Shown piece by piece: positions 40,887 through 53,300 of a stretch of 64,000 nucleotides of DNA; within the stretch, counting starts at the first letter, position 1, and each line of letters opens with the position of its first letter. The notes below the pieces were generated by a model. It was not told the origin of the DNA. It searched no databases and saw only the letters and a program-made list of their open reading frames with translations. Where the stretch lies: the NCBI GenBank assembly GCA_964035545.1, contig OZ037768.1, positions 17,651,500 through 17,715,499 on the forward strand, in the 5' to 3' direction. Source of the DNA: Bugula neritina (lineage: Eukaryota > Animalia > Bryozoa). The translations under genes were made by a program, and so were the position numbers.

Positions 40887-40947
40887 ACCCCCTAAAAAGT
40901 CCAAATTCCCCCTAGGGGGGAATTCCCCCCAAGGTTGGAAACCACTG
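40887..40947. mobile_element. hAT/Charlie-like transposon terminus fragment
   Basis: Ends in GGTTGGAAACCACTG (reverse complement CAGTGGTTTCCAACC, a typical hAT TIR); internal palindrome AATTCCCCCTAGGGGGAATT; no partner end found. Confidence 0.5.
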
Positions 40948-41610
40948 TGTTACAGTAACAACATTTAACAGTTTCCATGTCAACTACCAATCTCAGTGTT
41001 TTTACAAGCAGATTGTAACTTGCATCAAAGGCAGATGCCACCATTGCATAATGATCTGAATTACAGCAAAAAGTAATAATTACATGTAAACTTAGTTATA
41101 GTTGAGAGACGTCAGCCGTGCTGCATGTCAAATTATAGAATTCCTAATTACTATTATTATAAAAACAACACCATGTAATGCTATGACTAACACAATCTTA
41201 CCAGCAGTTTGACAAAACGAGCCCTTATTTTCCTTCCTTCAGGTCCAGGAGAGCCGAGTTGTGGGCAACGTCAACTACCAGCAGACTAACTATCTATGTT
41301 AGCACAGCTTCTTACCAGGTTTTGCTCTTTATTCATGGCTGCTAAAGAGATAGTAATGCGTCCCCATGTCCAATACGATTAAGATACTAAAAGGTTGAGT
41401 ATATTAAGCCAATCAGCAACCAGTGTGCATAGAAATAATATGTAGGACATTTTATCCCGCATAAACTTGTCAATGCTATAGCAGAACCAGGGTCATTCAC
41501 AGTCTAGCTATAGCATAAATCAAAAGTATGTCATAAATCAGATAATTAAAATATTATTTAGCCACGTCAGTTCGCCTGATAATTAATACAGTGCAGATCT
41601 ACACCTATAT

Positions 41611-41757
41611 CACTGCGTTTCCATGGATTTTTTCATTCGGCTAATGGAAACAGTTACATCGGATGAAACCGCAACTATAAGGTAATGCAAACCACAAACC
41701 ACAAATATTCCGTATGAAGCATTCATTCGCATTATGCGCAGTCATGGAAACGCAGTG
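41611..41757. mobile_element. 147-bp MITE with 15-bp TIRs and a 3-bp TSD
   Basis: TAT|CACTGCGTTTCCATG...CATGGAAACGCAGTG|TAT. Confidence 0.8.
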
Positions 41758-44700
41758 TATAGCAGTGCAGGTTGCTTTTGTACAACTGACGCTATAGTGA
41801 GAATACAGCTTGTGGACAATAAAAAATTATTTTTATAATTAGTTATCTAATTTAAATAATTAATATATATGATAATTGTGTTGATTCTATCTACAAGAAA
41901 AACTTTAGAGGGCGGGTTCAAGTCACAGCTACTCACCATGTACTCAAGTACTTAAAAGTACTAGACTCCACACAACTAGCTAAAACTATGACTTGACTTG
42001 CCAAACTAATGGAGACTATCAATATAAACATCAGTTACTTCTTATCAAATGAAGGTAGCTGTTTAAATGAGTACTACACATACATTGACTTCATCAAAGA
42101 CTTGAAATTCAGTTGAAAGCTGGAGATGAATGTTGAAACGCGGACCATGACTTGACTTGGTTGGATACTGACTTGCATTAACTTGGCCTATTCAAGAAAA
42201 GTACACAGTAAAACAATATAATTTGTATGTCTATAACATGTTGGGGGGGGGGGCATATATAACTAGTTTGTTTCATGGTAGTTTGACCATATCTACGAGA
42301 TCAATAAAGAGCTTAGGCTATTAAAAATTTCTCATTATTGCACTTTTCCAAACAACTGCAACCTTGATGGTATGTTAAGGAATAAATAACTAAATTTGGT
42401 AGACTTTTCTATATCTCAGAATAATCTTTTAATGCCATAGGATGTAGAAGAATTTTGTGCAAAATTTAACCGAAAATTATCATTAATAAAATCCATACAA
42501 GATTTTCTTGCACAAAAAGTAGCTGCATATATAAGCTCTATTTTAAAGCTGATTTTTGCTCACAAAACTCTCAAATCAGAACAGAAAAAAACAAGTTCAA
42601 GTATTTAGCGAATCTCAATGCATCTAGCTCTGTCATAGTTGGGATGCCATCAAATAAAAAAATCTCCGCACTCTAAAATCTAAAAATGCCAGTGATATCA
42701 GACCAGCAGCCAATCATGACATACTAGAGCCGCAATATCATGATTACTGGTTAATAGAGCAAAATAGTGACGAAAGTAGAGCAAAGTGTTGCGAAAGTAG
42801 AGCAAAACGGGAAAGTGTCCTACTTTTCAAATCGCCCCTGTAGCTTGCTGGAAAATAGCTGCAGGGAAAAAAAACAGTAGGTAAGGAAAATATCTACGAG
42901 TGGCAACGGAAAATCATCAAGAAAACTTCAAATAATTGTGTGTTGTATGCTCATTAGTGTTTTAAGCTTGTATACCAGTAGATGGTTACTGGCCTAGTGT
43001 CTAGACTCATGTACCAGTAGCTGGTTACTGGTTTAGAATCTAGACTCAAGAGTCTAAACCAATAATATTAAAAATAGCCATTATAGTGACCCGTAGCGCA
43101 TGTAGATGTGGAACAACGTATCTCACTTGAGCTCTTTCAAAAGGTAATGAATAGATCAAAGCAAAAAGCTGAAAACAACTTGGTTGCCTACGTGCTTCCA
43201 CATTCTATACCTCTATACAATCCTTAATAAGTTGATGGCCTCAAACAGTACTGAAATACTGTTTTTAGGTTTTTAATAGCAGAGTGAATGTCAACTGTCA
43301 GGTAGGCAACACACCTTCAACTGAGACCCTCTCTACATTTAAAATAATCAAATACTCATACTTTAAAGTGGGATAAAAAACTGAAATATAAATAACTGTT
43401 ACAATTCTATATTAGATATAATGAAGAAGCATTATCAACAGCGGACCACACTAGTTAAACGCTTCAGAGTAATTTGCGATTGACCAATAAAATCAAGGCT
43501 CGCATGTCATTCAAAAATCGACAACAAAAAAGTAGAGCAAAGTGGTAGAATGTCCTACTTCTTAACTTAGTTACAATTTTAGGACCTAGTGGTTAAGGTA
43601 ACAAACAACAATGCCAGTGCAAGTGACTTACTAGTAAACAGAGTTGCCACACCTATCCTATAAGCACAGGCTTTTTTTTGTAAAACTAATGAGATATTTC
43701 TGGTTTGCTGTAACTTTACTTGTCACTTCAACTTTCTGATTATAATACAATAAAATCTGCTGAAAAAACTTCTAACTTTATCTGATACTATCTACAAACT
43801 ACCCAACATATAGTTTTGCCAATATTTCAAAGCAATTTATGAATAGAATTTAGTGGAATAAGGAAACTGCAGAGTTTAAGACCTTGCCATATTACAAAGA
43901 TTCTTAGGTAAGAAACTATATTAGCACAAAAAACAAGCAGTATATTCAAAAAATATGACAATAAGTTCAGATTCCTTTGCTTTTGCTTATATAATTGCGC
44001 CCCTACAATGTGTACAACATGCTATACATAACTTGCATGCATTTTTGCAAGGTAATCAATTAGCAACATACACCAGACAACCTCACTCTATAATTACTCT
44101 AGAGTCTAGAGGTATGGTCTATCTAGCTATAAAACTGAAGTTAAATTGCACAGTAAAACATAGAATTTTGCTGGGTGTTCATATAGTATAGTACGCAGTT
44201 AATATTTATAATCTGCCCTGGAATACACTTTGCAACAAAATTAGCTCCATTCTTCATTGAAATTTTCTGTCATTTAATGTCAAGTAACTCTGATAATAAT
44301 TGCAGTAATATATTGATTTTTATCCAGTTAATCATTTACACCATCACTATCAGGTGTAGTAAAACAGATTGCATAATACAGGAACACCTATTTTCTCACT
44401 TTTTGTTCATTTGACTAGCCCAGACAATTAAAATACTTTGCAAGGTGAAAAGTGCTGTTACCTTTTAACAACACCAAGTCTACTTGGGAAATTTGAATAT
44501 ACAATAGTTCTAGTGCATAATCATTAAAAGTCAATAAAATGAAACAACCAGGCATAGATTAGCTCTTTCTTTTCTGGACTTGAGTTTACGCAAACCACAC
44601 AATAAATGTTGTGACAATTATCACGCTGTGGGCTTGAATGCAAATGATTCAGGCTAATATGTCTAAGATCCAAAAATAAGAAAAACATGGCTGCTTATTG

Positions 44701-46033
44701 TTGTGGTACAGTGTACAAATTGAAATTATTACAACCCACCAAGCAAAACCTTTAAAGAGTCTAACATATTTTTGAGTAGCCTATAGTTACAGTTGCACTA
44801 CAAATATTTACCAGAATATACTTTTTTCCAATGTCTCACCACTCAATAAGAATTGTGTTCCCTTTGCAGATGTATAATTTAAACTCATTATAGAGAGCCG
44901 GCTCATTATAAATTTAAAGTTTGACTGCTACATAAAATACTATACTACAGAATTCTTTTATACTAGATAGATATTTTGGTAATGGCACACATCAACACTT
45001 CAAAAAAGATTTTAAAACATTTTTTTTATGACAAATCTCGAGAAAAATATATTTGAAAGCATGTTTGTGGTTTTGGTTAGTGAACAGTGCTGAAATGGCA
45101 GCTATGATATAAATCCCATTCATGTGCCTGCAAAGGGCACGACTCCTAATTGTAAATTGAGTGTCAGGGACATTGGAAAAAGGTCTATCAAGTTAAAACT
45201 ATCCTACCATATTGCAAACTCTTAGATGATTATTGTAATTATTGTGAAAACTAAAATACTGCAATAAAACAACTAAAACAAATGACAACAATAGTGACCC
45301 ATCTACATATAATTATGCGTCCCTAAACAAAACATTTGGGTCACATAACAATTGTATAGCCACGTTTAATACAGTGGGATATCCAATTCAGCTCACTTGC
45401 TTTTAAAGTTCAAATGACAATAATCAATACTAAGCATGAATATAGGGTGTCATTTCAGAGAGACGCTTCCCCGTTAGAAGCTCTTTATTTATCTTGGTAC
45501 AACATATGTGTTTTATGCGCAATTTATTTGAATATTATTGAAATATATGTAGATTTAAATAAATTTGGATTATTAAGTTTTTTTTAATATTGAAATAAAT
45601 TTCTTTGATCTGCATTAACTTATTAATTATGCATTTTCTATACTTCTTGTTGTTTAAAACAGTATTTCATTAATAAGTAATTATTAAAGATAATATCTAT
45701 GATTAATGTATTATTGGTCTTTTTTGTCCCACACAAATCTATAAAAATTGGAATATTATTCCAGATAATTCACATTAACTATTATTCCAGATAATTCACA
45801 TTAACTATTATTTCATGTTTAGCAATGGACACAACAGTTATATAGGTATATGTAGGTATATACATGTATATTACTACATATATTGTACCCAAAAAAATAG
45901 CGTCTAACTGGGAAGCATCCAAGTGGATTTTACCATGTTGACTCTATTGGTAAATTTAAAGAACTTGAATAAATAAAAATGCAAATGTTTTTATTGTTTC
46001 AAGTTAGGATAATGATCGGGATTATCATTTATA

Positions 46034-47962
46034 GCGGGATAGCGCAGCCGTTAAATCGGCTCACCACAAAGGGAGTCCAATGGCAGTGGACCTCAGTCGA
46101 ACAGCAGGCATTCGACCACCTCAAGGGTTGCTTGCTCCGAGCGCCCGTCTGGGCCTACCCCGATCCCGCACCAGAATACATCCTGGACACTGATGCCAGT
46201 GACCACAATGTGGGTGCCGCACTGTCGCAGGTCCAGGAGGGTCGGGAAGTAGTCGTTGCCTACTACAGCAAAGCTCTCTCCGCCGCCGAGAAGAATTACT
46301 GCACTACTAGGTGAAGCACTTCCAGCCTTATGTTTACGGCAGAATGTTCCGGCTGCGAACAAACCATGCCTCATTGATTTGGTTGTGTAAGAGAGCTGAA
46401 CTCTCCAGCCAGGTTGCACGGTGGCTTGAAATCCTGACCGAGTTCTCCTACCGAATCGAACATCGATCCGGGAAGAAACACGGCAATGCCAGAGCGGCAG
46501 CGCTCTTCTGCCCTCGGCACCAACACACTCTCATCTCAGCCAGAGAAGTTACCTGCCATCTTACTCCGACGGTTGTGCTGGACAGCAGAAATCACAGAAC
46601 ACAAGATCTCCGAGACAAGGGGGGACCCGGAGAACACGTGTAGATTGTGCCAGCAGGTCTTCACGACTCCAAGGCGGCTAAAAGTACACATGCCACAACA
46701 TTTTGCTATTGTCAACTACCATTGAGATTATATCTTAAGGCATCAACAGACAATGAAATGCTACCAAGGCCACCTCTTTGATGTTGACGAGCCAACTTTC
46801 CACAGACTCTTCAATGTTATCAAGCCCTTGTTACGAGACCCATGTAAGCTGGCTAGTCTGTCTCGCGGATTCCCGACCCCTCGCCCGATTACCTGAAGGA
46901 CCGTTACCAAGGCCCCCTCGATCGAAGAAGGAGGAGAAAGCTACCCCTGTCTCCCTGTCTCTTCAGTGCCCTAGGATAACGCTACAGAGACTAGATATGA
47001 ATGTTATCCCATCAGAATCTGGTGATTTCATCCAGCACTCCCCCCACATGCGGCTCCAGGTTGTCCGAACAATCTCACAAGAAGAAGAGGAGAACTTCTC
47101 CATCCCGGCCCCTACATCCATCTTTGCCCCCGCCACCTCAATCCGGGAGGTGGAATAGAGGATTTCCAAGCTGGAGTCCCAGCTATTCCAACTCACACCA
47201 CAGGTCTTGGCTGCCACCAATGAGTTAAACCTCTTGAAACACTCGTTGCATAAGTTGAAGAAGAGGGCTAAAAGCTTTTGAGGCCACCTGCCACTAGCTC
47301 CGGGTATGCTTATATTTCTAGTGTATTCCAATTCTTTTCGAATTCTCATATCTTGTTCTTTCCTGATCTTTTCGGTAGCAGTTGCTTGCTGCTTGTTACA
47401 AGTTCCATTTCGTTGGCTACAGTTGTGAGTTGTGACTGTGATACAAATATCTCAAATCAGATTCTTTCCAATATATTTTATAATATAGTTTTTTATAATA
47501 ATGTAATTTTCTTTTTATAATACTGGTTTTTATAGTTTTTTTATATTACTGATACTTTCCTACACTTTTTGAATGTATCATAAAGTGGGTTTTTTGCTGG
47601 AGGGGGTATAATGGTTGGGGGAAGTATACTCCTCAGTACTCCCTGCTAAACATTGACTATATATAATATTATGGTGCAACTAACGTCAAGGACCACAACT
47701 CCACAAGCCACGCCGTGATTCCATGCGGCGCCCTGCTACTCTTTACAGTGACACCGCCGAAACTTTATCCCATCCAATCAGGAGCGACTCTCTGTATATA
47801 AACGATACCTTCCGGCTGTCAACTCTATGTAGCATTTTTAGGGATTATATTCTTTTCTATTTTATGCTTACACCTGATTTTATCGCGCGTAATTAACTAA
47901 CAACACAGTTCTCTTGTTAATAAAAAACGATCAACTGGTTCGGTTCTTCACATAACCTCACA
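46034..47962 (+). mobile_element. Decayed, 5'-truncated Ty3/Gypsy element: connection/RNase H fragment, pseudogenised ORF3, PPT, probable 3' LTR (~47607-47962)
   Basis: GIAQPLNRLT...YILDTDASD...NYCTTR / KHFQPY...ARWLEIL...KHGNA is homologous to pol of the neighbouring intact element; integrase deleted; ORF3 homolog with in-frame stops; TTTTGCTGGAGGGGG PPT motif shared with the intact element; TATATAAA and AATAAA in the putative LTR. The right boundary is approximate. Confidence 0.85.
46490..47281 (+). pseudogene. Disrupted zinc-finger/coiled-coil ORF3 of the decayed Gypsy element
   Basis: CRLCQQVFTTPRRLKVHMPQH...RHQQTMKCYQGHLFDVDEPTFHRLFNVIKPLLRDPCKLASLSRGF ... IREVE*RISKLESQLFQLTPQVLAATNELNLLKHSLHKLKKR aligns colinearly with ORF 49499-50311. 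Confidence 0.8.
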
Positions 47963-48904
47963 GTGGATATGCAGTAATTACTCGCACGCAATAACACCTT
48001 AACTAGTAGTGCACAAAACTACAACAATACCATCATGATGATGACCATACTCTCTCCTATCCTCATAATAATAATAATAACGTTAACTGTTGAAGTTAGA
48101 GTTGGTGTTATTGTGATGACCATGATGATAATTCTAACGACATTAAGATAAAAATAACAGAATCGTAATTATAGTAACTGTAAGTATAGCGAATAACGTA
48201 GGACTAGGAGCTTACCGTGCCATTAATTAAAAAGCCTAAAATTTATCGGGTTTAACCAGCATAAGGCATAAGCCTAAGGACAAGGTAATGCCTTTTCTAC
48301 TATTACTAGTATTAGTAATAGTAATAGTAGCCGCGAGTGACTTTGAGCTTGCACGTTTGACTTGCGCTTGGCTTTTTACTTCAAATTTTAATTTTACCCT
48401 AGCCTTCAAGTTCAAATTGAAATTTATTCTTTAACATTTAGTTTTACACTGCGTACATTTACAACTACAAGTTGAAGTACATTCCATCAGCATTGCCATT
48501 AGTAATAGTAGTTTTGACAACTGATTTGTTTCAATAGGACTTTTACTTACCTAATCATCTTTGAGTGCACTATTCAATTTCATGAAAAGTAGTACGATTA
48601 TAAATTGAAATATTGTGCCTTGTGGAAAATGCTCATGCTCATGCTCTTGCAGAATCAAAGTGAAAGTATATACTAACTTAAAATGAAACCACACATGAAA
48701 GCCGCCGAGCTTCTTTATATTAAGTTAGGATAACTCTGAAAGTTTTAGTTTAGCTGAAATATCTTAGCAAGTTTCAACACATTGAAATATAAAAATGTTT
48801 TGGATGACAAGCGAAGCACAAATATTTGTGGACAGGACAACTCCATAAAGGCCCTAAATAACTGTCAATAGCTATTACTATAATTATAATAATTTCTGTG
48901 CGTG

Positions 48905-49211
48905 TGTTATAATTTTCAGATTTAGGGTTGATGTGCTATCCAGAGAGTCTATTTATCTACTATAGAACTGCACCAGGCTAAGTCGAGTGAACGAGTATAT
49001 TTTATACACAACTAGACATTATAAAAACACGATACATTATTTCCAAACAAGTTACACATCTAATCTATTTCACACTCTAGCTTCGACTGAGTTAGCAGCG
49101 GGAAACTACAATTGCTGCTAACTATCAACTACGCTAATTGGCTATCCATTGTTCCGGGTCAATTACGCGACCCTACATGTCGTGCTGCTGGTAGTTCCAC
49201 GAACCACCACA
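48905..49211 (-). repeat. 3' LTR (307 bp)
   Basis: Identical by eye to 55841-56147; preceded on the minus strand by the purine-rich GGTGGGGGCGG (49212-49222). Confidence 0.97.
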
Positions 49212-49498
49212 CCGCCCCCACCAGCAGAAAGCCATCTTTCTGATATATATATATAAAAAAAACATTCAATAGTAATTGCGTACATCAGTGGACAAAATAA
49301 TACATAATATACAGGAAGAGACACAATAATAGGCAGAGTCATTTAACGATCCGTTGCATACAATTGGCCAGCTGTAGATAGACAAGGAATACTAGCTAGC
49401 TGTGGTATTAGACAAGGAATAACCTGTCTAGCAGTTAAGCATTTGCACGACCTTGGCTTCTCCCAAGAGGCGGAGTTGGAGTACTCAGGGTAGTCTAA

Positions 49499-50311
49499 CT
49501 AGAGTCCTTGTTGGGCACGCCGGTGCTTGGCTTGGCATGTACGCAGTTTCCGTTTCATACGGCATACGGATCCCTTTAGCTGGAAGAGTCCGGTGGTAGT
49601 GTTAAGTAGATCTGGTGCCAGCTGGGTGAACTCTTCTTGTAATCGTAGGAGGCGTTCTTCTACGGTAGCCAGGCGTACTGGGTCTGGGGACGGTGTCCGT
49701 CTGCGGCGCAAGGGTGGACTGGGGGACCTGGTTCGTCTCTTCGCCGGTGTAGGGGAGATCTCTCCTTCTTCTGGGTATGTAATTTCCTCGGGGGTGTATG
49801 TAATTTGAGGACGGTCAGACACCAACGGGGATTGTTGGCGGGCGTTGTCTAACACACGTTGGAACCCCGAGGACAGAACGGCTAACAACATGGCCTTCTT
49901 CACCAGAGGTCGTATAAGTGTGAGGAACTCCGGGTATAGCTTAGCGTCGACCACGTAGTTTTCTCCAGGGAAACAGCCCGCCGCTCTGTGTCTGGTGACG
50001 GGGTAGGGATACACATCATTGTACCCGCAGGGGCAGAATGTTAGTAGGAGATGAGCATTGACGTGTAGTTTAAGGGAGCGGTGAGAGGCGCAATCTTCAC
50101 CACAGATCTGGCATCTCGTCCGTCCTCTGGACCCCCAGGCTGTTTCTATTTCTTCTTCTGTTTGTGGAGACACCCACCGCCAACGGCGGCGTAGTGGCTC
50201 AGGCCGGTTACCACTAGCGTACTCCTCTGGATACGGAGCGGGAAGTGTTCTATCCCGTACCCTGGTTGTAGCGGGTCGAGTGTAATCCCACGATCTGTTG
50301 TCGTAAGACAT
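49499..50311 (-). CDS. Retrotransposon ORF3: C2H2 zinc finger + basic Ser-Pro linker + coiled coil (270 aa), not env
   Basis: Intact ATG-initiated ORF 24 nt after the pol stop; CQICGEDCASHRSLKLHVNAH finger; FCPCG...H...C cluster; RRTRSPSPPLRRRRTPSP; heptad-rich C-terminus; homolog present in the decayed element. Confidence 0.85.
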   Translation of the reverse strand: MSYDNRSWDYTRPATTRVRDRTLPAPYPEEYASGNRPEPLRRRWRWVSPQTEEEIETAWGSRGRTRCQICGEDCASHRSLKLHVNAHLLLTFCPCGYNDVYPYPVTRHRAAGCFPGENYVVDAKLYPEFLTLIRPLVKKAMLLAVLSSGFQRVLDNARQQSPLVSDRPQITYTPEEITYPEEGEISPTPAKRRTRSPSPPLRRRRTPSPDPVRLATVEERLLRLQEEFTQLAPDLLNTTTGLFQLKGSVCRMKRKLRTCQAKHRRAQQGL

Positions 50312-50335
50312 ACTGAATGTGTGAAATGGTTTGAA

Positions 50336-53300
50336 CTACTGCTTAGAAACACGTCTACTCCTGACTGCATCAGCGTATGAAAAGATCGAGCAACGTGGTT
50401 GGGGTGCGTGATTAAGACTTTGTGCACCCGGCGGATGAATTTTGTTTCTATTTCCGCCGATGCAAAAGTTGATATTTCCGTGGTGTTGACAACTCCCACA
50501 TTTGCTCGATTCTTTTCTCGTACGGTTTTCCCCTAGACTTTCATGCGTGCCGCTTTTAACGCAGTCACATACGAAGTCCTTCAAGTATGCGGGGGGTTGC
50601 CTCGTACGCTGTCCCCTTTCTAGGGGGGGTGACACGCTTGCCGGTTCGTTAGTAGGGGCCTCTAATGGCGTCTCTACTTCACCGTCAGCCGTCACCTCTT
50701 CTTGTTCTCCGGATGGAGCCCCTCCCTCCGTGGGGGTTTGCACTTCCGGAACCGGCTCGGTTTCTGGAAGTGATGGAATTAGACTTGGCGGTGGTGGACA
50801 CGCTTCTGTTGGCAAAAGCTGCCGCTCCTCTCTCACCAAGTTTTCTTCCCGCGGTATGACCACTTCGTATTCAGGTCCATGCCGCCGTCGCCCGCGCGTT
50901 GTTGTCTGCCTCCTGGGCTCTAACAACGGGGGGGCTTCTCCCACTCCGCCGGGGCTAGCCCAATACGGTTTCAAGCAAGACTCATTCTGGATAGATACCT
51001 GTCCTGAGCGCTCAATCTTGTACGTATGATTGGGCATAGCCTCGACAACCACGTAGGGGCCTACGAACTTAGGCTTCAGCTTATCAGCCTGTCCGCGGCG
51101 CCTACGGTAATTGACCATCCACACCTTATCTCCCCTTTGATAGAGGGGTGGTTCATCGGAATCTTCGTGCCGCACCTTCCACTGCTGTTGGCGCAGTATC
51201 TCGTGTGCGGCCTTCATCCGTTCCACTAGTTCACTGGCATACTCGTGGACTGAGTTATCTTGCTCTGGAACGTGATAGGTGAGATGGTCAGGGACACGAG
51301 TCTCCCTCCCGAGCATCAAGAGGTTTGGGGTCTCACCAGTACTGGTGTGTGGGGTGCTACGGTATGCACGCATGACTTGCGGCAACACCGTATCCCATTC
51401 CTCTTGACCTCGTCCAAGGAGGAGACTCCGGAGCGCATCACCTAGCATCCGGTTGTTGCGCTCCACCACCCCGTTACCTTGAGGGTGGTAGGGGGTGGTC
51501 CTGCTCTGATTTACTCCCCAGAGGTGGCAAAGGTCGCTCATCAGTTGAGACTGGAATTGAGCGCCTTGATCAGAGTGTATCTGTTCGGGAAGCCCAAAAT
51601 AACAAAATACATGTTGGTCTAGCGCCCTGGCCACTGTTGGGGCTGATGCATCTGGGATAGCCAGAGCGTCCGCCCACCTAGTAAAGTGGTCGGTTAGTAC
51701 TAGTATCCAATTATTGCCTCTGGGGGTCAGGGGCATGGGTCCGACCAGGTCTACAGCGACTACTTGCCAGGGCCTACCAGCATATAGCCTCCGCCGTCCT
51801 GCTTCACCAGGGGGGCGGCTATGCTTACTGGCCTGGCAGATCTCACACTGTTTGACTCTGAGCCGGACGTCACGCTCCATCTGCGGCCAATACCACCGGA
51901 GTCGTAATTTGGATATCACTCTCTTGACCCCTGCGTGGGCCTGTTTGTGAGTATCCCAAATCAACTCACGGCGGATGGCCGTGGGGCAGACTACCCTCTT
52001 CCTTTCCGGGTGTCTGCCGCTGGCAGCTAGAGAGATGGTTAGCAACCCATCCTGCCCGATCCGCAGCGAGTCCCAACGCTGACAGTATAGCCGGAACTCG
52101 GCGCATCCCTGTCGTATGCGTTCCTCGCTGGGTCGTCGCCCTTCCCTTTTGGCCCGGTATATGTCTGCCACGACTCCAGGCAGCTCTTCTTGGAGCTTCT
52201 TCAGCTCTCGAACATTACCGGCCAGTACGGGGTTGGCGCGGAGGTTTTGTACATCCTCCGGGGACTCATCAACTCTTTGCCTGAGTTGACCTTGATCCCA
52301 ATCAAACGGTGCTCCGTGATGAGCCAGCGTCTCCAACTCGCATCGTGGGGGACCTCCATCCCTCCTCTCGATGTTGAGACACTGTTTGCAACCTCCGTCA
52401 GGTCGGCGACTCAACCCATCCGCATTGCTGTGTCTCTTGCCCGGTCGGTGTTCGATCCGGTACGAGAATTCAGCTAGGATTTCGAGCCACCGGGCGACCT
52501 GACTAGAGGGCTCTGCTCTCCTGCACAACCAGATCAGCGAGGCATGATCCGTACGCAGCCGGAACTTCCTGCCATATAGGTATGGTCTGAAGTGCTTCAC
52601 TGACTTGATTACTGCCAGCAGCTCCTTGCGGGTAGTGCAGTAATTTTGTTCAGCGGGTGAGAGAGACTTGCTGTAGTAGGCTACTACTACCTCTCGGCCT
52701 TCCTGCACTTGTGACAGCACAGCGCCAACATTCTGGTCACTGGCGTCCGTGTCAAGGATGTACTCCAGAGTGGGGTCTGGGTAGGCCAAGATGGGCGCCG
52801 TTAGTAGGCAGCCCTTGAGGCGGTCGAACGCTCCTTGTTCGACTGGAGTCCACTGCCACGTCACTCCCTTTGCGGTGAGCCGGTTTAACGGCTGGGCTAT
52901 GCCCGCAAAGTCTGGTATGTATTGCCTGTAATACCCTACCAGCCCCAAGAAAGCCCGGAGTCCGGTCAAGTCTTGGGGGGTGACCCAGTCTTCTACTGCC
53001 CGTACCTTTTCGGGATCCGTTGCCACGCCGTTTCGACCGACAACGTGCCCCAGGTACTTGACCTCCGGCTGCAATAGAGCGCACTTGGAAGGTTTGAGCT
53101 TAAGACCGGCACCTCGGAGTCTCTCGAAAACCTCCTGTAGACGACTGACATGTGTCTTGAAGTCTGGAGAGATTACGATGACATCATCGAGGTAGACCAG
53201 CAGTGTCTTCCAATGGAGTCCGCTAAGGACTTGTTCCATCAGCCTCTGGAAGGTGGCTGGGGCGGAGGTTAACCCGAAGGGCAGCACCTTCCACTTCCAC

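Noticed and set aside
49499-50311. ORF3 as an env gene
   Set aside because: No signal peptide, fusion peptide or transmembrane anchor; zinc finger and NLS-like content instead
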